DNA from: Anaeramoeba ignava BMAN
Lineage: Eukaryota > Protista > Anaeramoebae
Direction: 5' to 3'
DNA length: 64,000 nucleotides
Assembly (NCBI GenBank): GCA_028826165.1
Contig: JAPDFW010000087.1
Coordinates: forward strand, 62,001 to 126,000
Position 1 is the stretch's first letter. Every line of letters starts with the position of its first letter. The position numbers were made by a program, and so were the translations under genes. This document shows, in pieces, positions 1 to 13,800 of this stretch. The notes beneath the pieces were generated by a model. That model was not told where the DNA came from. It searched no databases and saw only the letters and a program-made list of their open reading frames with translations.

Positions 1-853
1 TTTATCAAATAATATATTCAATTTATAAATATTTTTAATAAAAAAATTAAAATAAAATATATTGAATATTAATTTATCATTAAATTAATTGTAAATAATT
101 AGATTAAATTTCAAATCTTTTCAAATTAAAAATTAGATTAAAATATGGCAAACAATATTTATATAAAGATTTTAATAAAAATATTTATCACATTTAATAT
201 TTATATTGAAACCAATAGAAATTATAAACAAAACAATAAATTGGGATGGAACAAACGATTAATTAATTAGATTAAAATATTTATTTATCAAATAATATAT
301 TCAATTTATAAATATTTTAATAAAAAATATTAAAATTTAATATTATATTTAATATTAATTTATTATTAAATTAATTGTAAATAATTAGATTAAATTAAAT
401 ATAAATTAACTCAAATTGATTAATTAATTAGATTAAAATATTTATTGATTAAATAATATATTCAAGTTATAAATATTTTAATAAAAATATTAATATTTGT
501 TTAATATTAATTTAATAAATCAATTATAAATAATTATATTAAATTAAAAATAATTCAAATTGATTAATTAATTAGATTAAAATATTTATTGATCAAATAT
601 ATTCAATTTATAAATATTTTAATAAAAATATTAAAATTTAATATTATATTTAATATTAATTTATTATTAAATCAATTGTAAATAATTATATTAAATTAAA
701 CTCAAATTGATTAATTAATTAGATTAAAAAAATATTCAATTTATAAATATTTTAATAAAAAATATTAAAATTTAATATTATATTCAATTTAATTTATTAT
801 TATTAAATTAAAAATTCAAAACTTTTGAATTAAATTAAATATAAATTGATTAA
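1..853. repeat. AT-rich tandem satellite, ~145-160 bp unit
   Basis: The motif GATTAATTAATTAGATTAAAA recurs at about 257, 417, 562 and 708 with similar flanks. Confidence 0.8.
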
Positions 854-943
854 TTGAAAAAAAAAGAAAGAAAAAAAGAAAAAAAAAACAATTTTTATTT
901 TTTCATTTTTTTTTTTCACTTCTTTTTTAAAAAAGAAAAAAAA

Positions 944-1513
944 ATGAATAAAATAATTTTAATCACAATTTTCTTAATTGAAATTTCAAGTATTTTCACA
1001 TTAAAAACGACACCAATATGGCCAACAACATTTATAGCAGATTTCCACACAATTTATCACACTGAACCAATAGAAACAAGAACAAAACAATATTGGGATG
1101 GAACAAACGAGAAAATTCGAGATGACATTCATAAAACAGATACTTTAACAGAAACATTACTATTATTATTTGGGGAACATAAAGCATGTGAAATTCTGAA
1201 TCATACTACAAATGCTGTTTGTGGTTGTTCTGTTGATAACGGAACAATGCCTCATCCTACTTTTGATGAATGGGATTTTGTTAATAAAACAACTTATCTT
1301 CAAAAATCAGTTTTTTTGTACCAAATTCAAACTCAAACTGGTCATTCTTATATGTATTGGTGGGATGTTAATAATGCTCCTTATACTATCGCTAGAATGT
1401 GGAATTCTGCAGTAGATATTATTTATGATTCTGTTCAAATTGTTGAGCAAATTGATCCTTCTGTTTTTGTTCCACCTTCAATTTGTTCTGAAAAAAAGTT
1501 TCAAAACTTTTGA
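944..1513 (+). CDS. Secreted ependymin-related (EPDR-like) protein
   Basis: ATG at 944 is followed by a signal-peptide-like MNKIILITIFLIEISSIF. PIWPTTF, YWD, a Cys pair and the C-terminal DPSVFVPPSIC resemble protist ependymin-related proteins. Single exon. Confidence 0.6.
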   Translation: MNKIILITIFLIEISSIFTLKTTPIWPTTFIADFHTIYHTEPIETRTKQYWDGTNEKIRDDIHKTDTLTETLLLLFGEHKACEILNHTTNAVCGCSVDNGTMPHPTFDEWDFVNKTTYLQKSVFLYQIQTQTGHSYMYWWDVNNAPYTIARMWNSAVDIIYDSVQIVEQIDPSVFVPPSICSEKKFQNF

Positions 1514-1516
1514 ATT

Positions 1517-2210
1517 AAAAATTCATAATTAAATTTTTATCCGATTTTCAATTCAAATTTATAATTAAATTCATAATTAAATTCAATTCAAATTTATAAT
1601 TAAATTTATAATTAAGTTTATAATTAAATTTATAATTAAATTTATAATTAAATTTATAATTAAATTTATAATTAAATTCAATTTAAATTTATAATTAAAT
1701 TTATAATCAAATTCATAATTAAATTCAATTCAAATTCATAATTAAATTCATAATTAAATTCATAATTAAATTCATAATTAAATTTATAATTACATTTATA
1801 ATTAAATTTTTATCCTATTTTCAATTCAAATTCATAATTAAATTTATAATTAAATTCAATTCAAATTCATAATTAAATTTATAATTAAATTTATAATTAA
1901 ATTTATAATTAAATTCAATTTAAATTTATAATTAAATTTATAATTAAATTTATAATTAAATTCATAATTAAATTTATAATTAAATTTATAATTAAATTTA
2001 TAATTAAATTCATAATTAAATTTATAATTAAATTTATAATTAAATTTATAATTAAATTTATAATCAAATTTATAATTAAATTTATAATTAAATTTATAAT
2101 TAAATTTATAATTAAATTTAAAAGAAAATTATAATTAAATTCATAATTAATTTATAATTAAATTCATAATTAAATTTATAATTAAATTTATAATTAAATT
2201 CATAATTAAA
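1517..2210. repeat. 12-mer microsatellite (TAATTAAATTTA)n between convergent genes
   Basis: Direct periodicity visible in the sequence. Confidence 0.85.
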
Positions 2211-2427
2211 AATTCAAATAAAATTCAATTAAAAATTCTTGTTTTGTTGTTTTGTTTTGTTTTGTTATTTTGTTTCCTTTTTTTTTAAAAAAAATTTCTT
2301 CTTTCTTTTAAATTGAAAAATTAAATTGTTGAAAAGAAAAACCCAAAGAAAAACTTTTTTAAAAAAAATTATTTTCTGTTTGTTGTTTTTGTTGTTTCTT
2401 TTAAAGATTTTCTTTTTGTTAGAAAAA

Positions 2428-5400
2428 TTATCTTCTATTAGAAGGTTTTAAAACTTTGTAAATTCTAACAATCCAATGTTCAGTTGTAAAAGCTTCTTCC
2501 AAATGCTAAAAAGAATAAAATGAAATAAAATGAATAAAATTTATTTAGATTTTCAAAAAAAAATAAAATTAATTACTTCAAGAGTAAAATCTTTTCTACC
2601 AATAACAGTATTACGAACTCTATCAAAACCAGGAGGACGATCTAAAATAATTTTAATTTTAATTTTAATTTTAATTTATAAATGAATTTTAATTTTAATT
2701 TTAATTTTAATTTTAATTTTAATTTTAATTTTAATTTTAATTTTAATTTTAATTTTAATTTTAATTTTAATTTTAATTTTAATTTTAATTTTAATTTTAA
2801 TTTTAATTTTAATTTTAATTTATAAATGAATTTTAATTTATAAATGGATTTTAATTTATAAATGAATTTTAATTTTTAAATGGATTTTAATTTATAAATG
2901 AATTTTAATTTATAAATGGATTTTGATTTTGAATTAAAATTTACTTGGATCAGTTGTAACTTGACCAAAACGATAATAAACCATTTTATACATTAAAGAA
3001 TCAAGAAATTTTGGAGCACCTTCTTTATCCACTCTAAATTGTTTTCTTGAATTAAGATAATCATCTTCTTTAACAGCAGGATCAACTGAACCAGCGATTC
3101 TAACAGGCCACAAAAATTTATTAATATCATCAGAAGAGTAACCAACAACGCCACCAAAAAGAACAAGAACATAATCAACATCATGCTTAACAAGAAGGGG
3201 ATACGATTCATTCTCACTAAGCGCAAGCATTTTGCCTACGGTTCCTATGTGACTGTTATTCCAAGTGTTGTTATCAACAAGAACCGTTCGATTTGCCATG
3301 CTCGTAATTTGGTAACCGTAATCCCACCAGCTCATGATCTTTGCTGAGTCGGGCGTGTTTTGTCGAAGCCAGTAATACGCCTCTCGGAAATCATCAAATA
3401 TTATTTTCTCCCCTTGATGTCCCTTTGCTGCTAAAACAACTGATGGCGAACTGTATGCTTCGCTTGCTGCCCAAATTGAATGGCGCATAAATGCAAATAA
3501 TAAAGACATAAAAAGTATGATTGCTACTAATGATGCTACTTCTCCAATGTGGAAGTCCTCGGATTCTTGCTTTGATTTCTGTTTTACTTTCATTTTTGTT
3601 GATGTTTTTTTCTTCTTCTCGGAAAAACTGTTTTCTTTTTCTTTTTCTTTTTTTTCTTTTTTTTCTGTTTTTTCCTTTTCTTTTGATTGATGATAATATT
3701 TCGAGAAAATATCGAGTAATTCAGTTACGGAAATCGCGCCCAAAACGCAAGAAATTGGTGCGAGAACAAGCATTAAACGAACCATAACGCCTGAAAAATA
3801 AGCAGATGTTAAAGCGTAAAGAATCAGAAAGATTTTTCCATCGTTTAATTCTTTGATGCAGAAGTAGATCCCTGCTGGAAATAGAAATATCAGGATGTGT
3901 AAATCGAAAAAGTATGATCCCCATGCTGTCGGTTGATGTTCAGAAACTGATGCAATAATTGGTATGTTTTCTTTTGCGTATGTTGGATCAAGTAAACTGT
4001 AGAATCTACCTCCCCAAGGCGATACATCTTAAATATAAATATAAATATAAATATAAATATAAATATAAATATAAAATTAAAATTAAAATTAAAATTAAAA
4101 TTCATTTAAATATAAATATAAATATAAATATAAATATAAAATATAAATATAAAATTAAAATTAAAATTAAAATTCATATTAAAATTAAAATTAAATATAA
4201 AATTAAAATTCAATATAAATATAAAATTAAAATTAAAATTAAATATAAATATAAAATTAAATTAAATATAAATATAAATATAAATATAAATATAAATATA
4301 ATAATATAAAATTTAATTTAAAATTGATATTAAAATTAATATTAAATATAAAATTAAAATTATAAATATAAAATTCAAATTAAAATTAAATATAAATAAA
4401 ATTAAAATTAAAATTAAATTAAAATTAAAATTAAATATAAATATAAATATAAAATTAAAATATAAAATTAAAATTCAAATTAAAATTCAATATAAAATTA
4501 AAATTAAATATAAAATTAAATTTAAATATAAATATAAATATAAAATTAAAATTCAAATTAAAATTAAAATTAAAATTAAAATTAAAATTAAAATTAAAAT
4601 TAAATATAAAATTAAATTTAAATATAAAATTCAAATTTAAATTAAATATAAATATAAAATTAAATATAAAATTAAAATTCATTTCTTGTAATTTAATTTA
4701 CATCCTAAAAATGTAGCGATAATTAATCCAACTGTTGAAGTGACAACTGTGAAAATTCCGAGTATTTTAATAAATTTAACTACATGTTGTTGAGGAAGAA
4801 GTGATTGAATCCAAATATAACCACCATATAATTGAAGTAAACCAAAAACACCTAAAAAAAAAGAAATTAAATTTGATTTTAATTTTAATATTAAATTTGA
4901 TTTTAAATTTTGATTTTAAATTTGATTTTAATTTTAATTTTAAATTTGATTTTAATTTTGATTTTAAATTTTGATTTTAAATTTTAATATTAAATTTGAT
5001 TTTAAATTTTGATTTTAAATTTAATTTTATATTTTGATTTTAAATTTTGATTTTAAATTTGATTTTAAATTTGATTTTAAATTTGATTTTAAATTTGATT
5101 TTAAATTTTAATATTAAATTTGATTTTAATTTTGATTTTAAATTTGATTTTAAATTTGATTTTAAATTTGATTTTAAATTTGATTTTAATTTTAAATTTA
5201 ATTTTAAATTTGATTTTGAATTTGATTTTAAATTTTAATTTTAAATTTGAATTAAATTACCTAAACCAGCCATATGTTCAGATGATTGAACAGGAAGATA
5301 ACCAACCCAAGTAACTTGCATAGATAACAATGAACCAATAACATACGTAATATTATAAGCAATATAAAGATTTTTAGAAAAACGACCCAAAAGGAGCATA

Positions 5401-7111
5401 ACAAGAGTATAAAGAGGGATTAAATTGATAATAAAAACATAACCACCCCAAGAAGCAACCATATAAAGATAGCTAATAGCAGTAAGTAAAGAGAAGAACA
5501 AAGATCCAGTATTAACGGATTTGACCCACAAATAAAAGGTAAAAACAAGAGCAAAAATAGCAATGCATTCATTATCAAAAGATCCAGCAACAGAACGAGA
5601 CATATATCCAGGAACAAGCGAAATAAAAGTTGCTGCAATCAATCCTGCTCGCGGTTTCTTTGTCACTTCAGTTGTGAAAAAATATGTTGAAATTGCTGTT
5701 AAAGATGCAAAGAATGGTCCCATCATAACGCATACGTTACGGATTTCAACTGCTATTCTTAATACATTTTTGATGATCCAAAAAAGTGTTGCTGCTGTAA
5801 ACATAATTCCTGGAAATACTGTTGATCCTACGTTTCTTCCTAATGGATACCATGAAAACTCGTCAAACCATGTTAGAAATTTGTAAAATCCTTCTCTAAT
5901 CAAAAATAATGTTGAACGATAGTTAAAATGTGGATCAAATTCGTGAATAACACTTTCAAAACGGAGAACTGAAAATAATCTAACCAGAAATGCTATTTTT
6001 AACATGTAAACAAGATTAATAAATTTATTTAAATAATTATATTTATATTTATATTTATTTTTATTTTTATTTTTATTTTTATATTTATATTTATATTTAT
6101 AATTATTTTTATATTTTGATTTATATTTATATTTATAATTATATTTATATTTATATTTATATATATATTTATATTTATATTTATATTTATATTTATATTT
6201 ATATTTATATTTATATTTATATTTATATTTATATTTATTTAAATTTATATTTTATTTTATTTTTATTTATAATTTTATTTATATTTTATTTATATTATAT
6301 TTATATTTATTTTATATTTTATATTTATATTTATATTTATATTTTTATTTTTATTTTTATATTTATATTTATATTTATATTTTATATTTATATTTATATT
6401 TATATTTATATTTATATTTATATTTATATTTATATTTATATTTATATTTATATTTATATTTATATTTATATTTATGTTTATATTTTATTTATTTTATATT
6501 TATGTTTATATTTATATTTTTTATTTATATTTATATTTATATTTATATTTATGTTTATATTTATATTTATGATTTATATTTATATTTTATATTTATATTT
6601 ATATTTTATATTTATGTTTTTTATTTTATTTATATTTATATTTATATTTATATTTATATTTATATTTATATTTATATTTATATTTTAAATAATTTATATT
6701 TATATTTATATTTATATTTATATTTATATTAAATATATTTATATTTATATTTTATATTTTATATTTATATTTATATTTATAATTATATTTATGTTTATTT
6801 ATATTTATATTTATATTTATATTTATATTTATATTTATATTTATTTTTATATTTATATTTATATTTATAATTATATTTATATTTATATTTATATTTATAT
6901 TTATAATTATATTTATTTTTATAATTATATTATATTTATATTGAAAAATGATTTTATTTTGTTTTGTTTTTTGGAATTGAAGAAAGAAAAAAAAATTTTA
7001 TAATTTACCAAGTAAAGAAATAACAATCAAAATTAAAATTCTAAGTGTAACCTCTTTTTTTTCTCGAGTAAAATGGAAAAAAGATGTTGCTTTTTTTGGT
7101 TTTTGATTCAT
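2428..7111 (-). CDS. STT3: Oligosaccharyltransferase catalytic subunit STT3 (6 exons: 7111-7009, 5992-5261, 4851-4702, 4027-2945, 2641-2577, 2505-2428)
   Basis: Motifs [52 protein letters not shown] and C-terminal [18 protein letters not shown]. All five GT-AG introns keep the frame. Confidence 0.97.
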
Positions 7112-7367
7112 TTAAAATATTTCCTTTATTTTTTTTTTAATTTATTTTTTGGTTATTTATTTAATTAATTAATTATTTATTTATTTATGTTTTGGCTTTT
7201 TTTTTTTTGGAAATAAATGGAAAAGAAAAAAAATGAAAAAAAAAAATTAAAAAAAAAAATAAATTTAAAAAAAAATTAGTAATTAAAAAAAAAAATGAAT
7301 AAAAAAATTTTTTTCTTTTTTTTAAATTAAAATTAAAATTAAAATTTTTTCATTTTTTTTCTTTAAC

Positions 7368-10300
7368 ATGAACAAAAAAACGACACTTTATATTTTTTTA
7401 AGTTTTGGAACATTAACCTTACTAGGAATTTCACTACATTATGGATTTATATATCATCGTAAAAGCTTACCCAAATGTGAATTAACGTACATGCGACCAA
7501 ATTTTTTGCCAATTTCAACTCATTCAAAAAACAGGCAATATTCACTTTATTATTATCAAGAAAACTATTATCAAAAACAGAGTCAGTTAAATTATCGAAT
7601 TCAATTCACAGGAATTCCTGTTTTATTTATTCACGGACATGCAGGCAGTTTTCGACAAATGAGATCATTAGCAGCAATGTGTGCTGAAGAAAAACACTTA
7701 AAAAATCAAGTGACCCAAGAATTCAATTTTTTCACAATTGATTTTCAAGAAGAACTGTCAAGTTTTTCAAAATCAATTATAGATCAACAGGCAGATTTTG
7801 TCAACGACGCAATTCAAGCTATTTTATCACTTTATCCCCCTGTTAACAACAAAAACCCCCCTCAACATGTTATTTTATTTGCTCATTCAATGGGCGGCGT
7901 TGTTTCTTATGCTGCTTTATTCAGAGAAAATTATATCAAAGGATCCGTTAGGTTTATGCTTTTTTTAGCCTCTCCAAATAACGAACCGCCTATTTATGCG
8001 GATCGGAAAATTGACAACTTTTATAATTCAAGAAATATTATGTCTCATAATACAAATTTGACTATAATCTCAATTCACGGCGGCGTTAAGGATGAGCTTG
8101 TCCGAAGTGATTTGAATTATTACCCAGATATTTCCAGAAATAATCCCTTTGTTAATTCTTATTTTTTCTACACTCATTCAATGAAAAATGTTTGGATCCC
8201 AACGGACCATTATTCTATTCTTTGGTGCAAACATTTTATCGAGAGACTCACTCTTTTTCTCCATCAAATAATTGATAAAAATACTCTCCAACTTATTGAT
8301 TCTCAACAAACTCTGAAAGAAATCATCCTTTCAAATTTCGAAACTCATTTTCGCTCTATTATTAATCAATCTTTATCTCTCAATTTATCTTTATATCGTC
8401 AACAAAAAGATGATTCGAATTCTGTTATTTTTTTACCTGATCAAGAAATCAAAAAAATTCCTTATAATTCTTTTCAACTTTTTTCTGCTTTTGAAAAGGC
8501 AAATTTAATTGATTTGTTACCTTCTTGGGAATTTTCAATTGAAATTAAAAGTAATTCTAATAATGATGATGAGAAAATTTTATTGATAACAAATTTAGAA
8601 AGCGAAGAAATGGAATTTTATTTGTGCTATGAAGAAAATTCAAATGAAAATTTAGATGAAAATTTAGATGAAAATTTAAATGAAAATTCAAATGAAAATT
8701 TAAATGAAAATTCAAATGAAAATTCAAATGAAAATTTAAAAGAGAATTTAAAAGAAAATTCAAATGAAAATTTAAAAGAAAATTTAAAAGAAAATTTAAA
8801 AGAAAATTTAGATGAAAATTTAGATGAAAATTTAAATGAAAATTCAAATGAAAATTTAAATGAAAATTTAAATGAAAATTTAAAAGAAAATTTAAATGAA
8901 AATTCAAATGAAAATTTAAAAGAAAATTTAAATGAAAATTTAAAAGAAAATTTAAATGAAAATTTAAATGAAAAATTCAAATGAAAATTTAAATGAAAAA
9001 TCAAATGAAAAATTAAATGAAAATTCAAATGGAAATAATCTCAAATGTATCTTGGATCAAAATCATCTTTCCTTCGCTTCAATTCCTTATCCATTTGTAA
9101 CCTTCCCTAAAAATTCTATTCATACAAAATTCAAATCTCAAAATAAACATATCAATCTTCTTAATATATACATCCCAAAATCAGACCCTGAAATAAAATC
9201 AATCATTATTCATTTCAAAAAAAATCACAAAAAACTTCCTGAAGACTTTTTATTTTACGAAAAAATTGAAAACTTATCAAATTACACAAAAATTACATCT
9301 TCATTTCTATTTCCACAAAACCTCTCACTTGAAAACCAAATAATCAATAAATTTCACTTTTCTTCATTAATCTCATCAAATATGATATACAACTTGCAAT
9401 TCAAATTTGATTCCAATTCAGCATTTTTACCTGTTATTTATGGATTTACACCACCAACCCAACATGAAACATTTTCATTAGTTTATGAATATTTGACAAA
9501 ATCAAATGAGGAATTTCTTCAATATAATTTCTATTTAAATTCATGGAACAAATTTAATCAAGAATTAATAATTGTTTCTGATCCTCAACATCCAATTGAA
9601 ATGAAGATCTCAATCAATTATTTGTTAACATTGGGACAATGGATCAAAGTTTTTGGACTTTATTTACCATTATGGTCATTTTCTATTACTGTATTATCTT
9701 TATGGGGACCAAAAGGACTTTTTGCTAAGGAATATTATATTGAGGAAGAAGAAAAAACGAATGAAAAAGATTCAAAAAAATCAAATGAAAAGAAATCAAA
9801 TGAAAAAAATATTCTAAATCAAAATCCTCCCTCTTTTATGGATATTTTGGCATTTTATTTTTTTAGAGCTCTCATTTTATTCCCTATTATAATTATTATC
9901 ACTTTTATTATTGATAAAATTATAGCACCTAATTTACTTGAAAATCAAGCATCTTTTCCTTGGCCAATCTCAGTTTTCCTTGCTATGATTTGTGGTTTTG
10001 CACTTGTTACAATGTTTGCTACTTTCTCTTATATTTTTATTTTCATCTCAACTTTTATTGTCAAAATTTTCAAACCTATTTTTGCAAAAAATTCAAATCA
10101 AAATTCAAATCAAAATTCAAATCCAAATTCAAATCAAAATCAAAATCAAAATCAAAATCAAAATTCAAAATTTTTATCCTTTGCTTTTTTATCAATTTTC
10201 ATTCTTGATTTTGCTTTGATTTTTTTTCTTCACCCCATTTTTGATTATTTTTTCAACTTATTCCTTCGATTTCTTTTTACAATTTTCATCAAAACAAAAA

Positions 10301-10761
10301 CACAAACATCAAACGCACAAACAAAATACAATTTGAAGCTATTATTTAACAAACAAATTGGATTGTGTTCAAGTTCTTTATTCTTATCATTAATGTTTGT
10401 TCCTTCTTTAATGATGTGGAAACAATATCTTGAATATTATGGTTTTTTTTACTCACAATACAAAATTCGACCAATAATTCTTTTATCAATTCCAATTATT
10501 CTCTTGCTTAAAAAAGATATTTGGGAAGCTATTTCTTTAGGATCTCTGCAAAAATATATTTCTTTTCAACAATCAAAAATGGAAACTCAAAAAATTCTTA
10601 TCAAAATTGCAATTTCTCTTTATTTGATTAGTTTAGTTATTGTTCTTCTTTTTTTCATGGATAAGATTTATTATATTCAAGATTTTTTTTGTTTAATTTC
10701 AATTATAGAATTAATTTCAATGGCGATTCCAGTTAAAAAATTAAAAGAAAAACAAGATTAA
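7368..10761 (+). CDS. PGAP1: GPI inositol-deacylase PGAP1/BST1 (one apparent +1 frameshift at ~8970 in an ENxN repeat)
   Basis: N-terminal TM segment, CELTYMRP, GIPVLFIHGHAGSFRQMRSLA, FFTIDFQEELS, lipase motif AHSMGG, VWIPTDHYSILWC, and a multi-TM C-terminal half in ORF 8968-10761. Confidence 0.92.
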
Positions 10762-10851
10762 AAAAGAAAAATTAAAAGAAATCTTTTAATAGAAATATTA
10801 TTGCTTTTTAGAATTTTTTTTTTCTTTTAAAAAAAAAAAAAACTTTTTGAT

Positions 10852-13800
10852 TTAAATTAAAAAAAGAAGTAAACCAACACTAATTTTCCCTTTATCATGT
10901 CCAATAAAAAGATATTTTTCATCAACAGAAATCATTAAAGAACTAATTTCACCTTCTAATTCAAATTGTTTAAAAACTTGAAGAGAATGCAAATTTCTAA
11001 AAGTAAGAATACCATAATTATCACCAGAAATCAAAAACTCAGAATTCTTTGAAATATCCCAACATTGAATAACATTATCAGAATTACAAGAACAAACAAA
11101 CTCAGCATTAATAGTGTAAACCCAAATTTGCTTTTTTTTAATTGAATACAAAATTAAGTGTCCATCAGGTGATATTTTGACAAGATTAATTGTTTTTCTT
11201 GATGAATTATCGGGAATAATTGATCTGACATAACGTCCTCTTTGTAAAGAATGAATAATACAAGTTCCATCTTTGGAACCTGAAAAAATCATATCCAAAT
11301 CAAGATTTATGTCTATGCAAGTAATTTCATCGTCATGTCCATAAAGAACATGCATTGGATTTGTTTCAATGGTTTCCCTTGACTTGATTAAAATTCCAGA
11401 CAACGATTGTCGTGTCTTTTGATCCCGTGACCAAAAATTTTCCTTTTGATTTGATGCAAGTCACAATATCTTTGTGATGAATTATGTTTTGCATTTGTTT
11501 GCTTTTGCGGATGCTTGTTAGTTTGAAACTTTCATCCCAATATCCACATGTAAATAATGTGTTGTGATTAATACTCACACAATTACTTAAATTGCTTATT
11601 TCTGGAACAACTGATACTCCAATTGCTGATTTTTGATAACTTGCATTATCCCGATGTATTGAAAACGGGCAGAAATTATCTTGAATAACTTGATTTTTTG
11701 AAATTTTCCCCAAATTATTATTATTATTATTATAATTATTTTTATTATTTTTTGAATCCTTTTCCAAATTATTATCATTGTTATTCCCATTTTTTGAATC
11801 ATTTCCATTATTTTCTTCCAAATTCTCATTTCCTTTTTGAAATTCATATACTTCAATATGTCTATTGATTTCTTCAAAACTTTTCACAACCCATGAATGT
11901 GTTGATAAATAACGATCCTTTTCATAAATAATAATTTGGTCAGTTACGCCAATAAAGGCGTCAAAATCTTTTGATGCAAAAAGACCAATGCATAAAATTG
12001 GAGACTTGGCAATCGTAAGAGTAAACCGTCTCAAATCAGAAATTTGCCTCATTCTCCAATAAATAAACTTATCGCCATAATGCTGGATCACTTTTTGCCG
12101 ACTCCAGCGTTTTGGATGTTCTTTTGTAAACAATTGTAAAGGTGTTTGTCCAAAATTTTCAATTTGTGTTTTGATTGACTTCAATTCTCTTTGATCTGTT
12201 ACTCTTGACAAATCAATATAATGTTCATAACTAACATAATAGAAAACATTGCAAGCTTTTTCTGCCTCTTTTCCTCTTTGTTTATACCCAAATATTAGAT
12301 CAATCCATTGATGAATATTTTCTGAAACATATTCAGATTCTAATGCTTTTCTATTTATTCTTATGAATTCTTCTGGTGAATTATTTGCCCATAATGGTAA
12401 TTTGCAATCATCAATTTGTTCCAAACTTTGTTTTTTTCCAAAATCAAATTTATTTGAGTTTCGAAGAAATTCCGGTTGATAAAAAAACTCTGGGATTAAT
12501 TCTTTGACATCTGATGTACTTTTTCTACAATTTTTCCAAGCTTTTTCAATAGAATCAAATAATCTATCTGCACGATCAAATTTACCGCCTTGTAAATAAA
12601 TAGCCAAAGTAGTAAATGGTTCCATTCTAATTAAATAATGAAGAGCAACACCTTTTTTTTTTTTTTGGATTGAAAATAAATAATTAAAATATAAATATTT
12701 AGAATATAAATATTTGAATATAAATATTTGAATAAAAATATTAAAATATAAATATTTGAATAATATTTTAATATAAATATTTGAAATATAAAATATTTAG
12801 AATATAAATATTAAAAAAAATATTTGAATAAAAATATTTAAAATATAAACCTGGACTAGAATAATGTGTTCCATAATGAAATGATGGTATATTTGGACAC
12901 GCTCGTTTAAATTCTTCATATCTTTGTCTAAAATAACTCACTCTTTTCTCATCCAATGCTCCAATAGGTTTCGAAAGATCTCGATAATTTTTAGGATCAT
13001 TTAAATCAATACTTGATTTGGAATATTCTGATAAAATCCAAGGAAAAACTGGATATTGAGAAAGATCATTATAAGACCGACCAGAAATAGTATTCAATTT
13101 CATTAAATAATCAAAAGTAGTCATTTGATGTCTGATCCATTGAGTTGTATATTGAGAATCTTGAATCCATTCAATTGGATCATTTGTATCAAAATCTATC
13201 CGTAAATTTTCTGGTTTCAAATCAACTATTGTTTTGTAAATATATTCTCGATCTCCATTTTCAAAGTTGATAAAATAATTTGTTTTGTCAACCATAAAAA
13301 ATTCTAACGCAGTTCTTTGATAAATATATCTGCGTTTATAAATAGTTGTGATATCTTTTAATTGCCATGTTTGCTCCTTATGATTCTTTTCTTTCTTTTC
13401 TTTCTTTTCTTTTTTCTCTTTCTTTTCTTCACTATCACTATTACTATTACTATTACTATTATTTTTTTTTGCATTTTCAATATTTTCATTTTCAGGAACA
13501 AAATAAATAAATTCAGGTGTTAATGTAGCATTTCCTGGAATCACATTATATGGTTTAACAAGCGTGCATTTTGTATTATATTGGAATTCCGCTTTCTTTT
13601 TTTTCGTGGCTTTATTTACTGATTCTTTTGTTGTTTCATCGTTTAAATTGTTGTTTTGTTGATCATCCTTTTTTTGCTTAATTGGTGATCCTTGTTGATA
13701 AATTTTGGAATCTAAATCTTGTTCATCCTTTTCATCGATTTCAGGTATTAAATATATTCCCGAAAGTGTATTTTTCAATTTTTCAGTTGAAATATTTTCC

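Noticed and set aside
3890-7003. Numerous ORF-track entries such as (IY)n, (IL)n, (NF)n, (KI)n, here and elsewhere
   Set aside because: These are stop-free readings of intronic microsatellites or antisense frames of coding repeats, not genes.
8960-8990. AAA-TGA at the PGAP1 frame break (also ~21172), resembling ciliate-style +1 frameshift sites
   Set aside because: It arises trivially from AATGAA repeats read out of frame. An extra A relative to the repeat unit explains it, and the other breaks lack the motif.
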